Origin: Camelus dromedarius
Lineage: Eukaryota
Assembly (NCBI RefSeq): GCF_036321535.1
Contig: NC_087436.1
Span: 47,990,001 to 48,054,000, forward strand
DNA: 64,000 nt
Direction of reading: 5' to 3'
The notes below the pieces were generated by a model, which worked only from the letters and a program-made list of their open reading frames with translations, searched no databases and was not told the DNA's origin. Below are positions 24,468 through 38,329 of this stretch, piece by piece. The position numbers were made by a program, and so were the translations under genes. How positions within the stretch are numbered: position 1 is the first letter of the stretch; each line of letters starts with the position of its first letter.

Positions 24468-24820
24468 CATCTAGCTTCCAACTATGTTTAGTGTTGTCTA
24501 TTAACCACCTGAATTTAGTGTAATGGCTTGGATAGTGATTTTAGGAAAATTTGTATTATTTGCTAGCATTTAGAAAATGGAAAGTTCTTACATAAAAATC
24601 CGGATCTCCATTCTCTTGAAAAACAAAACACAGCACCCTGAACTGCAGGGGACACTGGGCCTGCATTTCTGCCCATCAGCTGCTGACTAAGGGAGCGGGA
24701 GTGCTCTTATTCTTCCCAATTTCCGCCACCCCCGGATCTGAGTATCAGTTGCTATTTTTGTTGTTTAATTGAGCTTGGGATTTTTTTTCTTATTGTTCAC
24801 TTACAAAAAAATGAAATATC
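24468..24820 (+). mobile_element. Decayed MER102/Charlie4-like hAT element; its first 143 bp form the right arm of the inverted repeat
   Basis: cataaaaatccggat..cc..ttctcttgaaaaa...acactgggcctgcatt...gagtatcagttgctattt resembles the MER102/Charlie4 consensus. Confidence 0.6.
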
Positions 24821-26204
24821 ACACATTGCTCTGGTACAGATAACTCCAGTCTCCCACTACCCTCAGAACTGCCTCTAACTCCCATGTGGTGTGGCCTCTG
24901 CCCAGCCTCTTGACCCCATCTCCCATCTCTCTCCCCTGCTCCCACTCCATTCAAGCTTTTTTTTTTCTGTTCCTTGAACTTACCAAGGTTGTTCTCACCA
25001 AACTCATCCTTCCTTCAGTCCTTTTGCCTAGTATAGTTTCCAGACACACACCTGACCTGAACTTCACATGGCTTGCTTCCTTAATTCACAGAGGTCCAAC
25101 AAAGCTCTCCTTTCAAAAAGGTCTTCTCTCTGGAAGCTGCAGGTCTCCATTCTGAGAGGAGGATCTCACATGCGTGCACACAACTCTAGTATCTTGTTCT
25201 TTCTTCTGGATCCTCTATTTTTTTTCCCAGTCTCCAGCACCACTATCTCTCAGGCTTCTCAGCGCCAAATCAATAAACTGCAGAGCAAGTGAGCTAATAC
25301 CACGTGGCCTCCGCATGATCCATACTGTGAATGTTGCTTCAGCCCTAGGATTAAGGGGTAGGAGAGTTGCTGTGAGGTATTAAAACCAGATGGTGTTATT
25401 TTAATTAGAGTAACAGGGCTTCTTGATCAGGACAAGAGCACTAATAAAGCCAGGATATATTATGACCATTATTTAAAAAATCGGCAAAGCTATTACTTTA
25501 AAATATTTTTGAAATTCTTCTATAGAAATATCTGTTTTCATTAACATGTACATGTATGTGAGCCTTTTCCAAATTTCCTTCCATAACCTTTTTTTTTTTA
25601 ATTTGTTCAATGAAGAGACAAAAGTCATAAATGTCTTAAAAGGCACATAGAGTTTCGGTGCTTCATTTTTGGGGCTGTGGGTGTACGCGTGTGTGTATTT
25701 TCTGTGTGAATAAGGTGTGTTTCCTCAGAAATAAATAAAATAAAAGACAAATCCTCCCTTTGGAACCATTAACCACAAAAGATTCCTACGAGAAAAGTGA
25801 AATTTAATTTGGGAGGGATGAATGGAACAATCTGGTCCCGTAAGTAGTTGCAATATACTTAACTCTATTCCAATCATTGTAATAACTCACACCCACTCTT
25901 TATCCTTTTCACTTGCCTGTGCTTTAGCACTTCTAGGGATGTCTCTAGAGACCCGAGCATTCTTTCCATGTTTCTGACACTTATGCTTATACGTATTGGG
26001 GCTGATCCTCTCTCCTCCATTAGATTTTAAATTTATGGTGCACCAAGAACTTTATAACTCCCTGCTCTGCTTAGGAGACCCACAGCTGAAGTCTTACCTC
26101 CTCCATGAACTCTTGTTTAGACCCCTCTGACCCCTGGTGATCCTTTCCTTCTCCAAATTCATATTGCATTTTTCATTGCATCACATCCCACAGCACTTTC
26201 TGTA

Positions 26205-26420
26205 ATAACATTTACTGAGCACTTGTTACATGACACACACTCCTCTGTACTTTATATGCATTAATAAATTTAATTCTCACAATGACCCTATGCATCAGGT
26301 ATGGTCTTTATGCCAACTCAATAGATCAGATTAAAATATCTGCTCAAGCCATACAGCCAGTAAATGCTATCACACACCAAGATTTCTGAATTTAGAAACA
26401 TTCTTTTTAACCATTCTGCT
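26205..26420 (-). mobile_element. MIR SINE
   Basis: aacatttactgagcactt...atttaattctcacaatgaccctatg...acagccagtaaatg. Confidence 0.7.
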
Positions 26421-27404
26421 TGATCATGTTACACTATCTCCCACATATAAAATGTCTATTCATATAGGAAGTATGTCTTATACATTAGTTGAGACTTGGC
26501 CAAATGTCATACCGTCCTCACACAGTCCCTACGGTGCCCAGGTCTGTTATATGGGAGGCACTCAATAAATACATCTTCGCAAATTCAGAAGTTGTCGTTG
26601 GAACTAAACAGTCCTCATGAGTCTCCACCATCCTACATCAGCTCACCTAGCTGCATGTAGCCAAGTTTTTAAAATCTATGAGATTTGAGCATTTCTATTT
26701 TTGAAATCATCAGAATATCCCAAGGAAATGGATTTATGTTGTGTAATTGACGTTATTCTTTTTAGGATCTAAGGAAGGAAAGCTGAGCTCACAAAAGCTT
26801 CCATTCACCCCATCTGAGCAGAAACAACATGCCTTTCTGGTGAAGAATGAGTTACAGTATAACCAGAAATACTTCACCTTAATTTATTCTGTGGGGAGAA
26901 AAAGGGATTAAGAGAGAAAAGAAATGCACACAATATTCATTAAGCTTCTCTTTATCTTCTTGTCCAAATTTACCTTAAAACTGTACTTTAAAGCAATTTT
27001 AAGATATCAGTTACAAGAAACCAGGATTTCTGGGTTTCTTTCTGTGTCCACGCACAGGAGTTCTTAGAACTCTATGGTGTTAACAGACAGACTTCAGGGT
27101 GTTCAAAAACCTTATGAAATTCTTCACAAAATTTTGTGCGTCTGTTGTTGTGTTTAGTTGAGAGGGTTCATGGCTTTCATCAGTTTCTCAAGGGAGCTTT
27201 GACCTATCCCCTCAAAATAAGAGACCAATAAGATCTATTACTCTCCTGACAATTAAAGTATATCACAAATAACCTGAAAACTATTCATTTGCCCATGATG
27301 AGACAGAATAACCGAAATTACCTTTCATAGAATATTAAACTTCTATGAAAGATAATTTTTAGATTTTAATATACGGAAGTGAAAACAAAATTGTTCATAT
27401 TTTA

Positions 27405-27748
27405 CAGTAGCCATTCTCTGGACTATTTTATACTTTAAAAACATTTGAGGACCTCCAAAGTGCTTTTGTTTATGTGGAATGTATCTATGAATATTTACCG
27501 TATTAGGAATTGAAGCAAAAACTCTTTAAATGCAAGCATATACAAGCACACCTTCCAATAGCCTTTGGAGTAACGGCACCATCAGAATGCTGGTCATGTG
27601 GCCACTGGAAAACTCCACTGTGCGATCAAGAGAGAATGAGATCCAAAAGGCAAATACAGTTTTTGTTTTATTATGAAAATAGTTTCACTCTGCAGCCCCC
27701 TGAAGGGTCTAAGGGACGCTCAAGTGTACTCAGATGACATGCTGCTCT
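27405..27748. mobile_element. Non-autonomous hAT-Charlie element (Charlie18a-like)
   Basis: gaggacctccaaagtgcttttgtttatgtgg...atatttaccgtattagg...ggaaaactccactg...gagagaatgaga..aaaaggcaaata...ttattatgaaaatagttt. Confidence 0.6.
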
Positions 27749-30700
27749 AAAGAAACTAAAATCTATCATTGGTACTGTTTTCCCATTTCATTTGGGCTTT
27801 TGGAAAGCTAAGGTCTAAATGTGAGAATCATCTCCAGGAAATGAAGTGAACTTTATAAATGTGTTAACACCATGCTCACTCTAATTCCATCCCTTAGTTT
27901 TTCTTTGCCTTACTTCTATCATGTATTTATTTCATCTCACTATACTGTGTGCACATTTACAAATCCCCTTAAGTCCTTTTTTGGAACAAGATAGCACTGA
28001 AAGAAATAAACAAACAAAATAAGCACTAAATCTCCATAAAATGCAAAGTTGGGGGTAGTTTTTTAAGTAATTTATTCTGAAATTACTAAGTTCAGTGTCA
28101 TGATACTATTTGAAAATCTATAACTTTTGGTAAGTTAAAAAATTGTAAAATGGAATGATTTTAAAACTAGAAGTTTCAGTGTTTTAGTCAAGTCTCATCT
28201 TTTTACAGAGGAGGAAAGTGAAGCAATGCTTTGTTTCAGTTACTTCAACTATTGAGTATTCTCTAAAAAGATTCCTTTAGTTCTGAATATAGAGATTACC
28301 TTGATAGGAATAAGGTAATTTACCTTATTACCTGTGAAGAACACTTGATAATTCTCTTACACAAATGAGCTGTGACGCCACTGGCCTTATGTGCGCTCAA
28401 TCTGTGACGGCTAATGTCCAACATGCCCAAGAAGTGGAGGTCACGAGTGGCAGCGGGGACAAAAGCAGCAACCAGCGTCTGTCTGTTCATCACTGACAAC
28501 AAATTACCATAACTTTTATGTCCAACTGGTGGACTTCCTTCCCTGCCAGTAGCCTATTGTTAAAGATAAATGTTTGAAAACAGGAGATTTCTCCCATGAA
28601 ACCATAAATCCGTGTTTGTGGTATTGTCTAATCTCTGTTGTGGGAATGGATCTGACATCACCATGTGAAAATTATGACTTCTTTCAACCCGAAACCAGGA
28701 TGTGGACAACGATGAAGAAAAGTTTCCTCTTCATGTTCAGGCAAATGTCACAACTGTGTGTAATTCTGTTGCCCATGTTGAGAGGCAAATGGACTCAGGG
28801 TTTACTATCCTTTAATTAGAATTATCTTCCAGGAGAGGTCGTGGTTTATGTGCTCACTAAAGCAATTGAACTGAGCCCTGACTTCCTTTCTAGCTAATCC
28901 TGAGCTGGAGAATGCAAATGTCATCACTGTAATATTACAAGTCATGGAAACAACCCAGAAGAGAGGATTTTCATCCAAGGGTTCAAATCAAGTCCATACT
29001 TCCACGTCCCCAATCACTTCCCCATGTTCCTTCATCAAACACTTCCAGTGTACATCACACCTTGCTGGAAATATCCCTTAAATTCCACTCGTTAGAGTGA
29101 CAGGATGCAAAAGTTGTGCTTTATGGTAGGAAAACAACCTGCCACCTACTTATCTGTGCACCCCTTCTTCAATCCCTGACAACACCCTCCAAGAAAACAG
29201 TATTGCTTTCTTTATCATCCCTTCTTTTTTTTTAAAACATCTGAGCATATTTTGGAAGCAATGACATCATGCACTAACCTCCCTCTCTCAAAGAGCATGC
29301 AACCTTTCAGGCAAGATGCTCACAGCAAACATTAACCATGCACCCTAACGCTTCCCTGCACAAGGGTAACTATCTCCACAACACTGCAGAGAAGTTCACT
29401 TACAGAAGGTCAGTCCAGGATCTGATGGTGCAGCTGGGAATAGAAGCCAGAAGCGCCGGCTCTCTGTGAAGTGTTCCAGCTAGAAAATACTAGGCCTGTT
29501 TCCGGGGGGAAGAAAGCCCACTCCGGGAACAGGCTGATGATCTGGCTAAGGGGAGGGCGGTCAGAGTGTCCTCAGCCCCGAGCGAGCACTGTTTCAGACA
29601 CCTTCACAGTGGTTCTTAAGCAGGTGTGACCTTTGCTGAGTGACTATTTCTATCAGCACAAAGACGATTCTGCTTCGTGTTTGATAGTAATATAAAAGGC
29701 AGTTTTCTTATTTTAAAACAGAATTAAAGACTGGAGAAGTACCACTCTGTCTGGAAAATCCCAAACACATTCCTTGACCTATGAAACAAATCAGAACAAA
29801 ACCAAAACAAGCCAAAAAACCCATTGTGAACCTCTATGAAAATCAGGCAAAATTACATTCACCTTTTCTTCTGAGGAATTAATACTTTTTGTTGCTGTGA
29901 GTTGATAGGTATTTTGGGCAGCTGCTTTAGGTGGTACTGGTAAACTTAAATACTTTGAACTTATCCAGATCTGGAACCTGAAAGCTTCAGTGCATCCCCC
30001 ACTATGTCTTCTCTCCACCCTTCCATCCACCAGCAGGGTCTAGCTCAGCATCACCAGCGGAAAAATACTCAGTTAAAATAAAAACATAATTTGTTTTCCA
30101 GCTCAAAACAGGTTCTCAACAAATATTTGTTAACTATATAATGAAAATTCTTGTCAAAACCTGTGCCTATGAAGGATGACCATTTCCCATGCTTATCTTT
30201 TTTTTTTGGAAAAAAATGCATTTCTAGAGAGAATGGGTAATTGATGTAATACTGGAGAATAATTTGATAACATCTGCTGCAAAAATATTTTGAAATTTAT
30301 CATTACTCATTCAGGCACAGGTGTCTTACACTGAATTAAATGTGTCCTTCAACTTGATTTTACTTTCCCATCCTGCATAACTATTCTCCATTGGCATAAC
30401 TCTGCTTGGTCAAGGCAATGAAGCCAATGTGTTCATTCAAGTTTTAATTTTTCAGAAAGTCAGAGTCCAAGGGAGGAGTCAGAAATTTTTCCTTATAAAA
30501 ATGGAGCAAGTGGGTTAGATTTTAAGGTAACTTTTTATTCTTATTTGTAAAGTTTCCCTACAAATTAACCCCTCCTAGATAAGGCTTAATTTCTTTAACT
30601 GAAATAATTATACAGAGATAAGCAGACATTTGTCAAACAGAAGCCTAAAGTCCAGTACACAGTGACATACAAACTTGTAAGAAGAAGTGATAAACACAAG

Positions 30701-31788
30701 TTAATTACCAGGACAATGGGAAGGGGTCAGAGGGAGACAAAAAAATCCAAAAACACAAATTTTTAAGTTAGTAACCTTTCACCTGCCTCACATTGGTTGG
30801 AATCCAATACTGACCAGAGGGACTGGAATTCATTCTGATGATGTGATGGTAAAAAGTTGTGAGTTCAATGAGTCTGGTGGTCTTGGCACTATTCCCAGAG
30901 AACTCGAGTTCCCAGCACATAACTAAAGGACCTCAACTTTGGTCCAACTGGCAATCTTTGTTCTGTCAAAAAAGACTCAGGGTGGAAATGGGCCATGGGG
31001 ACACATTTTTTTCTTCCTACTGACAGACTTCATCTCTGAATGAGTGGAGAGAAGTCTGATGGTCATCTTTAGAGAAGCAGTGGCCCGGACCCTATTCTCA
31101 GTCTGACCTGTGACTGCAGTGGACTTGCTTTTTAAAGGAGTCCTTCCCAAAACCTAACGCTATCTTTGGGGAACATAAAGGAACATAAAATTTATCACTT
31201 GGAAAGATAGAACAATTTCACGTGCAGCCTTCATATCTGAGTCCTCAAGGAGAAATGATGAATAAGCTGAGAAATTTTATTCAGCAGAACTATTCCCTTG
31301 GGCATGGGGAAGAGGGAGCCCTGGTCATCTTTATTAGGTATTATGCACCTGAAGGCTCCCAGACAGAGGGAGGGAACATGCACAACCTTACTGTAAAATG
31401 CTTGAAAAATCCTTTAGAAAGCTTATTAGTGCATTAATACACAGGGGTTTCGCTCTGATTGCCTGATATGGAAATTCCAGCTGCTCATCTTTAAAAGCTC
31501 ACACTTTCCATTATAAAGTGATTTTTGCACTGTTTTCCTCTTTCTTTTCATTCGTGGTACTCCTCTATAGAGACCTTACATAGTCCCTATGGTTTCTAAA
31601 ATTACTAAAGCAAGAAACTCTTCCCATAGTCATTGTTAAGTGGTTGGTAAATGATTCTTGTTCGTGCATCAAGGTCCAAAAATACATGAAAAAAATGCAA
31701 GCTAGGTTATGGTGAAGTGATTCTAGTCTCTCAAATTGTACCAAATGGATTATCTACAAGAAAATGACGCAAAGCTCAGAAGTTCCTT

Positions 31789-31822
31789 GGGGGGGGGGGG
31801 GGGGGAGGGTGTTGGGGGGGGG
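31789..31822 (+). repeat. Poly-G tract (G17-A-G3-TGTT-G9), potential G-quadruplex
   Basis: Directly visible. Confidence 0.9.
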
Positions 31823-31926
31823 TGTCAGTCCCAATGTGAAAAGAATGTGAGCAATCAGAAAATGTATTATGAAGTTAATTCCATAATAGAGAGGCAAAGG
31901 AGCCCTTAGACAGTATTCACAAAGGG

Positions 31927-31927
<1 letters not shown>

Positions 31928-31958
<31 letters not shown>
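31928..31958. repeat. (AC)15 microsatellite
   Basis: Directly visible. Confidence 0.97.
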
Positions 31959-31960
<2 letters not shown>

Positions 31961-32354
31961 GCAAGAAAATAAAAGATAAAAACTTAGTCAGGTCTTCCAA
32001 CTTGTATTTTATTTGGCCTCTTGGTAAAATCTGACACTGTTTTCCATGCCTTCTGTCTTGAAATATTGTGATCTCCTATCCAGGCTCCTACTCTGATATC
32101 CTTCTGCCTGGAAAATTGGATATTTTTCAGGGACCTGGATCCCCTCTCTTTCATATTCTTCAGACTCTCCCAGGGATATCCTGTCCTACTGTTTGGCTTT
32201 AGATTCCATCTACTTGATAATAACCCTGATTTGGTCAGGGTTTGTTTAGAAGTCAGTGGCAGAAACTCAAATTAAAGCAAAAGAATTTCAAATAGGGTAT
32301 TTATTGACTCACACAACTGAAAAATCTAGACGTAGCTATTAAGGTGCTCAATGT

Positions 32355-33000
32355 ATTCATTCGCTTACCAGTTTTTTTGTTTAACTTAAAAGTTACTGGA
32401 AGCCAAGAATTATTTGAGGATTAGGGATAGAAAACTGAACTATACAGACAACACTCTCTGACATCATATAGCTTACAACAAGCAAATACAAAAAATAGTT
32501 TTAAAATCACACCAACTAATGCTAGATAGATGGTAAGTGACAGGGAGAAAAATAAACCATGGAAGGGAGACAGGGAGGGCTGCTACTGGAAGTAGTTAGT
32601 CAGGGAAACTTCTCCCTGAGAAAGCAATATATGACTCCAGATCTAAAGGAGATGAAGGAGTAGTTCATGTGGACAGCCGGAGAAAGAACACTCTGGGCAG
32701 AGGAAACAGCAAGTGCAAATGGCCTAGGGTAGGGTAAGCCTAAAGAGTGTGAGAACCACAGGGAGTCCAAGGTAACTGCGGAAGAGTGAAGGAGAGAGTC
32801 ACAAATGGAAGCAAAGCGGCAGCCAGTGGGCAGACCATTTAGGGCCTTTCGGGCTTCTTTGGGGACCTCTGTTCTTTACTTTGAATGAAATCTAGACCGT
32901 TGCTGTGTTTTGAGAAGAGTGTCATGACCTAACTTAGATTTGGATGAGATTATTCTGATGGCCAGAACAAGGGAAGCAAAGTTGGAATCAGGAAAACCAG
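32355..33000 (-). mobile_element. L2 LINE fragment
   Basis: attcattc terminus, ggcagaggaaacagcaagtgcaaatggcct and gttttgagaagagtgtcatgacc motifs. Confidence 0.7.
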
Positions 33001-33014
33001 TTGACGGCTGCATC

Positions 33015-33465
33015 ATCCCCAAACTAAAGGACTTAAAACCATAAGCATTAATTATCCCTCACGAGTCTCCAGGTAGTCTGGATGTTTTCTTTGTCTGGTC
33101 TCAAACTGAGCCTACCCATGTATCTGTGGTTGGCTACAGGGAGCTCTGCTGACCTTGGCCTCCCATACTTCGGAAGACTGGCTCACTGTAGGCCCGCCTT
33201 GGATGGTCTCAGCTGGGATGGCTGGCATCTCCCCTGTATGTTGCCTCACTCTCCGGCAGGCCTGCCTGGGCTTATTCATGTGGTGGAGGCAGGGTTTCAA
33301 GAGACAGCAGGAGCATGCAAACTTTGTAAGCTGACCACAGGACTGGCACAGTCACCTCTGCCACATTCTGTTGGCCAAGCAAGTCACAAGGCTAGTCAAG
33401 ATTCAAGGAGCAGGGAAGTAATTCTATCAATTTATAGGAAAAGCAGAAAAATCATGTTCCAAACG
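33015..33465 (-). mobile_element. MLT1H-like MaLR LTR adjoining the L2
   Basis: ctggcacagtcacctctgccacattctgttggccaagcaagtcacaaggc...agattcaagg is a characteristic MLT1 motif. Confidence 0.7.
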
Positions 33466-36400
33466 TATTCTGGGATGCTAATGATCCACAACAGAGTATT
33501 TTTTTAAATAGGTGACTGAATTCTACATATTTTGAAGAAAGAGCTAAGATAACTTACTGAAGAACAGTGGACAGTGAATGAGAAAGAAAACTGTACTTAT
33601 CACCTTTCTGCCTCCCTTGCAAACACTAGATGACCTTGCATGTTTCCTATCACAGTGGATGGTACCACCACCCCTCCATTTGCCCAAGTGAGAATGCTGG
33701 AAGTCATCATTTATTTCTACTTTCCCCTACATTCAATGAGTCATTAAGTCCTATAAATTCTCTATTCTGAAAATTTATTAGTTTGGGGCCACCATCCACA
33801 GGACTATTTCAGCAGTCCCCTGACGGACAGTTCATCTTTATTCTCATCCCTTGTTAATCTACCCTTTGTTTGAATTCATTTTTCATGTTGCAGGCAGTGA
33901 TATTTTTACAACAAAATAGAATTATATGATTTCCTTGACTTCTGTCTTATAATCAGTCCCTATTACTCTTAGAATAACACAGCTTGGAAGGTTCCTGCTT
34001 ACCTCTCCAGTTTACTGTTTTGTTACTTTTTACCACTTAGACCGTGTTCTCAGCATCCTAAACACATTCAGTTCCCATAAGGAACTCACCATTTCCCTCT
34101 CATCTTGAACTGAATATTCTGGTTCTTTTTCCTAGAATATATATATTTTAAGAGAGATCTCATTTCTTTCAGGAAGTATTTTGACCCTTCCTTCCCCTGG
34201 TCTGGGATGCTACTCTTCTTCTTTACTGTCCTTACAGTTACACAGTTTACACTGCATTTTATTGACTATTTAATTGCCAGGAATCAATCACTAGATTATA
34301 AATTTCAAGAGAGTAATAATTATGTCTGTTTCGGTCACTACTTTCTCCCTGAATAATTGGTCCAAACTAATCAAAGTATCATATGATTCGATGAATCAGA
34401 GAACTCTGACTTTAAATCTTTTTGTAAAGAAAAATTTAATCACTACACAAATAGGCATAAATTTCATGAATGTTGTTATCCTTTTAGTATTATGGAGTTA
34501 ACTACTGAAAAGTTGGTATAGGAGACATCACCAAGACTAATCTGTATATGTAAGAAAGAATGAGAAAAGAGTTATCACAGTGGGAGCCAATTTTTCAAAA
34601 AATCAGGATGGGCAAATTCTCATTTTATTAGCAAAGGATCAGTGGAGGTAGCAGAGATGTAATGAGTGTTACGGAAAATTTATGATAGTTATTTTATCTT
34701 AGCCAACTGTGGGAGGAGCTGGGAAATGAAGGTCTGGAATGCAGAGCTAGAGGATAAGGGACGGCATTGCCAACCAGTTACTCTAGAAGCCAAGTCCATA
34801 TAGCTGTTAAAGCGAGTCTGCCTAGTGGGAGCTTGTGGCTAGCTCTGCAGAAAGCTCTCCTATAGCTCCCACCTCTGTGGGGTCATGGTCAAGTGCATCT
34901 GCTGGTGGCCTGAGGCCACTGTTCATCAGCAGGACCTGAAGCAGAAAAGATCTAAACACAGAACAGAAGACAAAGAGAATAAATTGGACCTGATGGGTAT
35001 CTCTAAATCTGTCCCTTTAAAGAGGAGTTTGAACATACCTTCCAGCTTAACAAATCTGATCAGCATCTACCACTGGCTGCTAGAGGCTTTCTTTGGATTC
35101 TAGAGAAATGTATGGCTTTATTTTCCCACCAAGCCTGAACCTGGAAACAAAAGGACAGATTTATACATTCAGTTGCCATGTAAAGCAGGGTGACCTGAGG
35201 CAGCTGTAGTATAAAGAAGTGGGTAAAAATGCCAAGAAGCCTACGTATGAATGCCAAGTAATCTTGAATATCAAGTAAATTGATGAGGTATGGGAGAGAG
35301 AATGAGGTCAAAACTTGATTATAAGGGTTTTAAGAATAGAAAACATTCTGCCAAGAAATAAAATACAAAAATGTTTAGACTAGGTTTCAATTATAGTTAG
35401 AAATCTTAAATACAATGAATTAGGAACTTTATGCTTATCTTATGGGCTTGGCATGCAAATTAAATGTCCAATAGAAGATGTCAAGAGTTAGCGAATTTTA
35501 ATACAGGTGTCTCTGTTGCTGGTGTTGAGGATACACTCTGTAGCACTGAATCCTATGGGAACATCTTCCTTTTTGAGCCCTTTGCCCAATTTCTAACAAG
35601 ATCTTGGTTTCCTCCCACAAACTCTCTTCCATAGTCTCAGAGCTTCTTGCCAGAGGATACTGGGAAACTACTTGATCTCGCAACACTCTCTCTGCAAAGA
35701 TTATGTCTTCATGCATGATACAGCCTTTTAAAACTACTAAGTAGAATATCTAACATGCCAACCTGAAGCATCTGCATCTGGATGCTGTTCCCAATGTCCT
35801 AGCCTTCCCAAACACAAGCAATATCAAGCAAAATGGCAAAGAAGTTCATCGAACCAACAACAAAAGGATCATATCAAATACAACTTCAACTGCCCCTTCT
35901 TTTGAGCTATATAAAGTCAATTTCCAGAAATTGTAGCAAAGTCATTATTTCCTGGCAGTCAGCCAATAAAGCTTCAGCTATGTTGAGGTAGTCTCAGAAC
36001 ACTCTTAACAGATAAATGGCAAACTTCAAATGTAATTCCCATAATGGAATTAAATATGGATTTTCCAAAATCACCTCCCTTTTGCTAGATAGAACTTCAT
36101 ATAAACTACCTTGGAGAGGTATCTATCAAGTGGATTTGAAGTCCACCTTTGTTACTTCTTTTCAAAACCAGCGTGGGAAGCTTAATGTTTCCTCCAGTTC
36201 GTTCCCACAACCATTTCCCTTGCATCTCAACCCAGGAGAGGCTCCTTCTTTGTCCCTACTATATTCTTCCAAATAAATGTGCTTTAATCCTGTCATTTAA
36301 CTCCCTTTCAGGGCTCTTTCTGCCATTTCCCCCCTTTTTTTCAGTTGCTAAGATTTTCTTCCTGGGCACATAAGCATGGAAGAGTCAGAGCAGAAGATTC

Positions 36401-37525
36401 TGTGGACAAACCTTCCTTACTACAGATCATTACTCATCTTCTGACTCAACAAGCCTGGAGGCTTAGAACTGTCTGTTTTAGTTACAATTAATTTTTAATA
36501 GAACTAAAACAACTGTGTTGAGAAATGGCATTAGCATGTGACATTCCAGTGACGCACAGGGGAGGGATGCTTGCCTTCATTTCACACAGCATAGACCATA
36601 CAGAAGCTCAGATACACAGGTCTTAAAACTGAGTTTAAAGGTCCAACAAAATAACAAGTTAATAAGCATCTTTAATGGAAAATTGTATACTTAACTCAAA
36701 TTAACCATTTTATGGAGTTAAATTCTGAAAGTTATTTCCAGACTTTCCATTGTGTTGAATGTTAGTCCAGAAAAGAAATTAAGAATGTTCATTATCAAAA
36801 AACTAAGAAAAATAAACTTTGAGAGTCTTTTAATTTTTATCCTTGAAAAAAATCATAGTTCTTTATCTTTCAAAAAGTTTATTAGCTGTTTATTAATAGT
36901 TATTAGCTGATATCAGTGTGACTATTTTAAGAAAGAATTTGGCTGCCTTAGTGGAGTAGCTAACATTAAGCAAGAGAAAATTTAAGACTGAGGTAGCTGC
37001 CTCTACTGAATGAAGACATTATTCCCTGGAATTTACCTTTTCCCAGGAAACCAACGACCATCTTTGGACAAGTCTCAATGTCAGAGACTGATTTAAGGAG
37101 AGGGTAAAAAGCGTAATACTTTAATATATTAAGGCATATGAGATGGGAAGCACAAATTTAGATTTCAAAGTTGGAATTAATGCAGATATAATTATTTTTG
37201 GAAAGATCAATCTCAAACCTTTCTACTAAATCAAAGGAAAAAAGTTAACATCCCTAGCAGGTCACCAAGTAAATACACACATACAACTGAGACACACAGA
37301 ATCTAGACTAACACCTTGAATATATTCCACTGAAACACTTTAACATTTTCTGAACTAAAATAAAGGAATTAAAGATGTCACCATATAATTCAGCACCCAA
37401 ATTCTATTTAGAGGCCATATTAAGCAATGCTGATACTATTTTATGAGTTAATCATAACACATGAAGCTTAACTTTAGAGCTCCAGAAAATCCAACCCTAC
37501 TTGTAACAGGACACTAAACGTTCAT

Positions 37526-37538
37526 CCAGCAGAGGGCA
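37526..37538 (+). promoter_or_regulatory. Candidate CTCF core motif CCAGCAGAGGGCA
   Basis: Matches the CTCF core consensus CCASYAGRKGGCR in apparently unique sequence. Motif evidence only. Confidence 0.45.
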
Positions 37539-37976
37539 ATGGTGCATACTTCCAGCTCAGCTCTGACCGGGGAAGGGGAGAATCCGTGGGAAGGAAAGTG
37601 TGGGGCAGCCAACACACAAAGCACAATACAGTTAGAATTTATTATAAATATCCCCAAGGTTTGTTACTAACGGGAGATAAGCCATTTCAGATCCCTAAGG
37701 CTTACTGAGACGTTGGTAGAAAGAGCCAAAAGGAGGGGGGGGAATCAGCTTCTGAAATGCTTTGTCTCAAATTACAGAATCAGCTGATTTAACAGTGGTG
37801 AGAATTATGCAGCTCTCTCTCTTTTAACCTTTTAAACTCTGTTTCTTACTTTTTTCACTTAATACTATTAAAAATCATCTTGTCATATTATTGTATGCAA
37901 CAATAAAAATAGTGGTAACTAATATTGGGTATTTATAATTTTGTCAGGTACTGTCAAAGTTTTTATATACACTGTA

Positions 37977-38329
37977 TGTTATGGGCTGAATATTTATGTT
38001 CCTCCAAAATTCATATGTTGAAGACCTACGCCTCAATTGGATGGTATTACGGGCCTTTGAGAGGTAATTAGGATTAGATGAGGTCAGGAGGGTGGAGCCC
38101 CCATAAATGGGATCAGAGCCCTTCTAAGAGTCACAAGGGCACTGGCTTCCTCTCTCTGCTCTCAGCCATGTGAGGACACAAGGAGAAGCAGTAATCAGTC
38201 AGAAGGCCCTCACCAGAAACTGACCATGCTAGCAACCTGGTTTCACACTTCTAGCCTCATGAACTGTGGGGAATAAATTTCTGTTGTTTATAAGCTCTCC
38301 GGTTATAGCAGCACAAAGGGACTAAGATG
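37977..38329 (+). mobile_element. MLT1A-like MaLR solo LTR
   Basis: tgttatgggctgaat...ccaaaattcatatgttgaag...gccatgtgaggacacaaggagaag...aataaatttctgttgtttataagc...gactaaga. Confidence 0.85.

Noticed and set aside
33082..33507. 141-aa ORF
   Set aside because: Lies within an MLT1 LTR; no splice or homology support.
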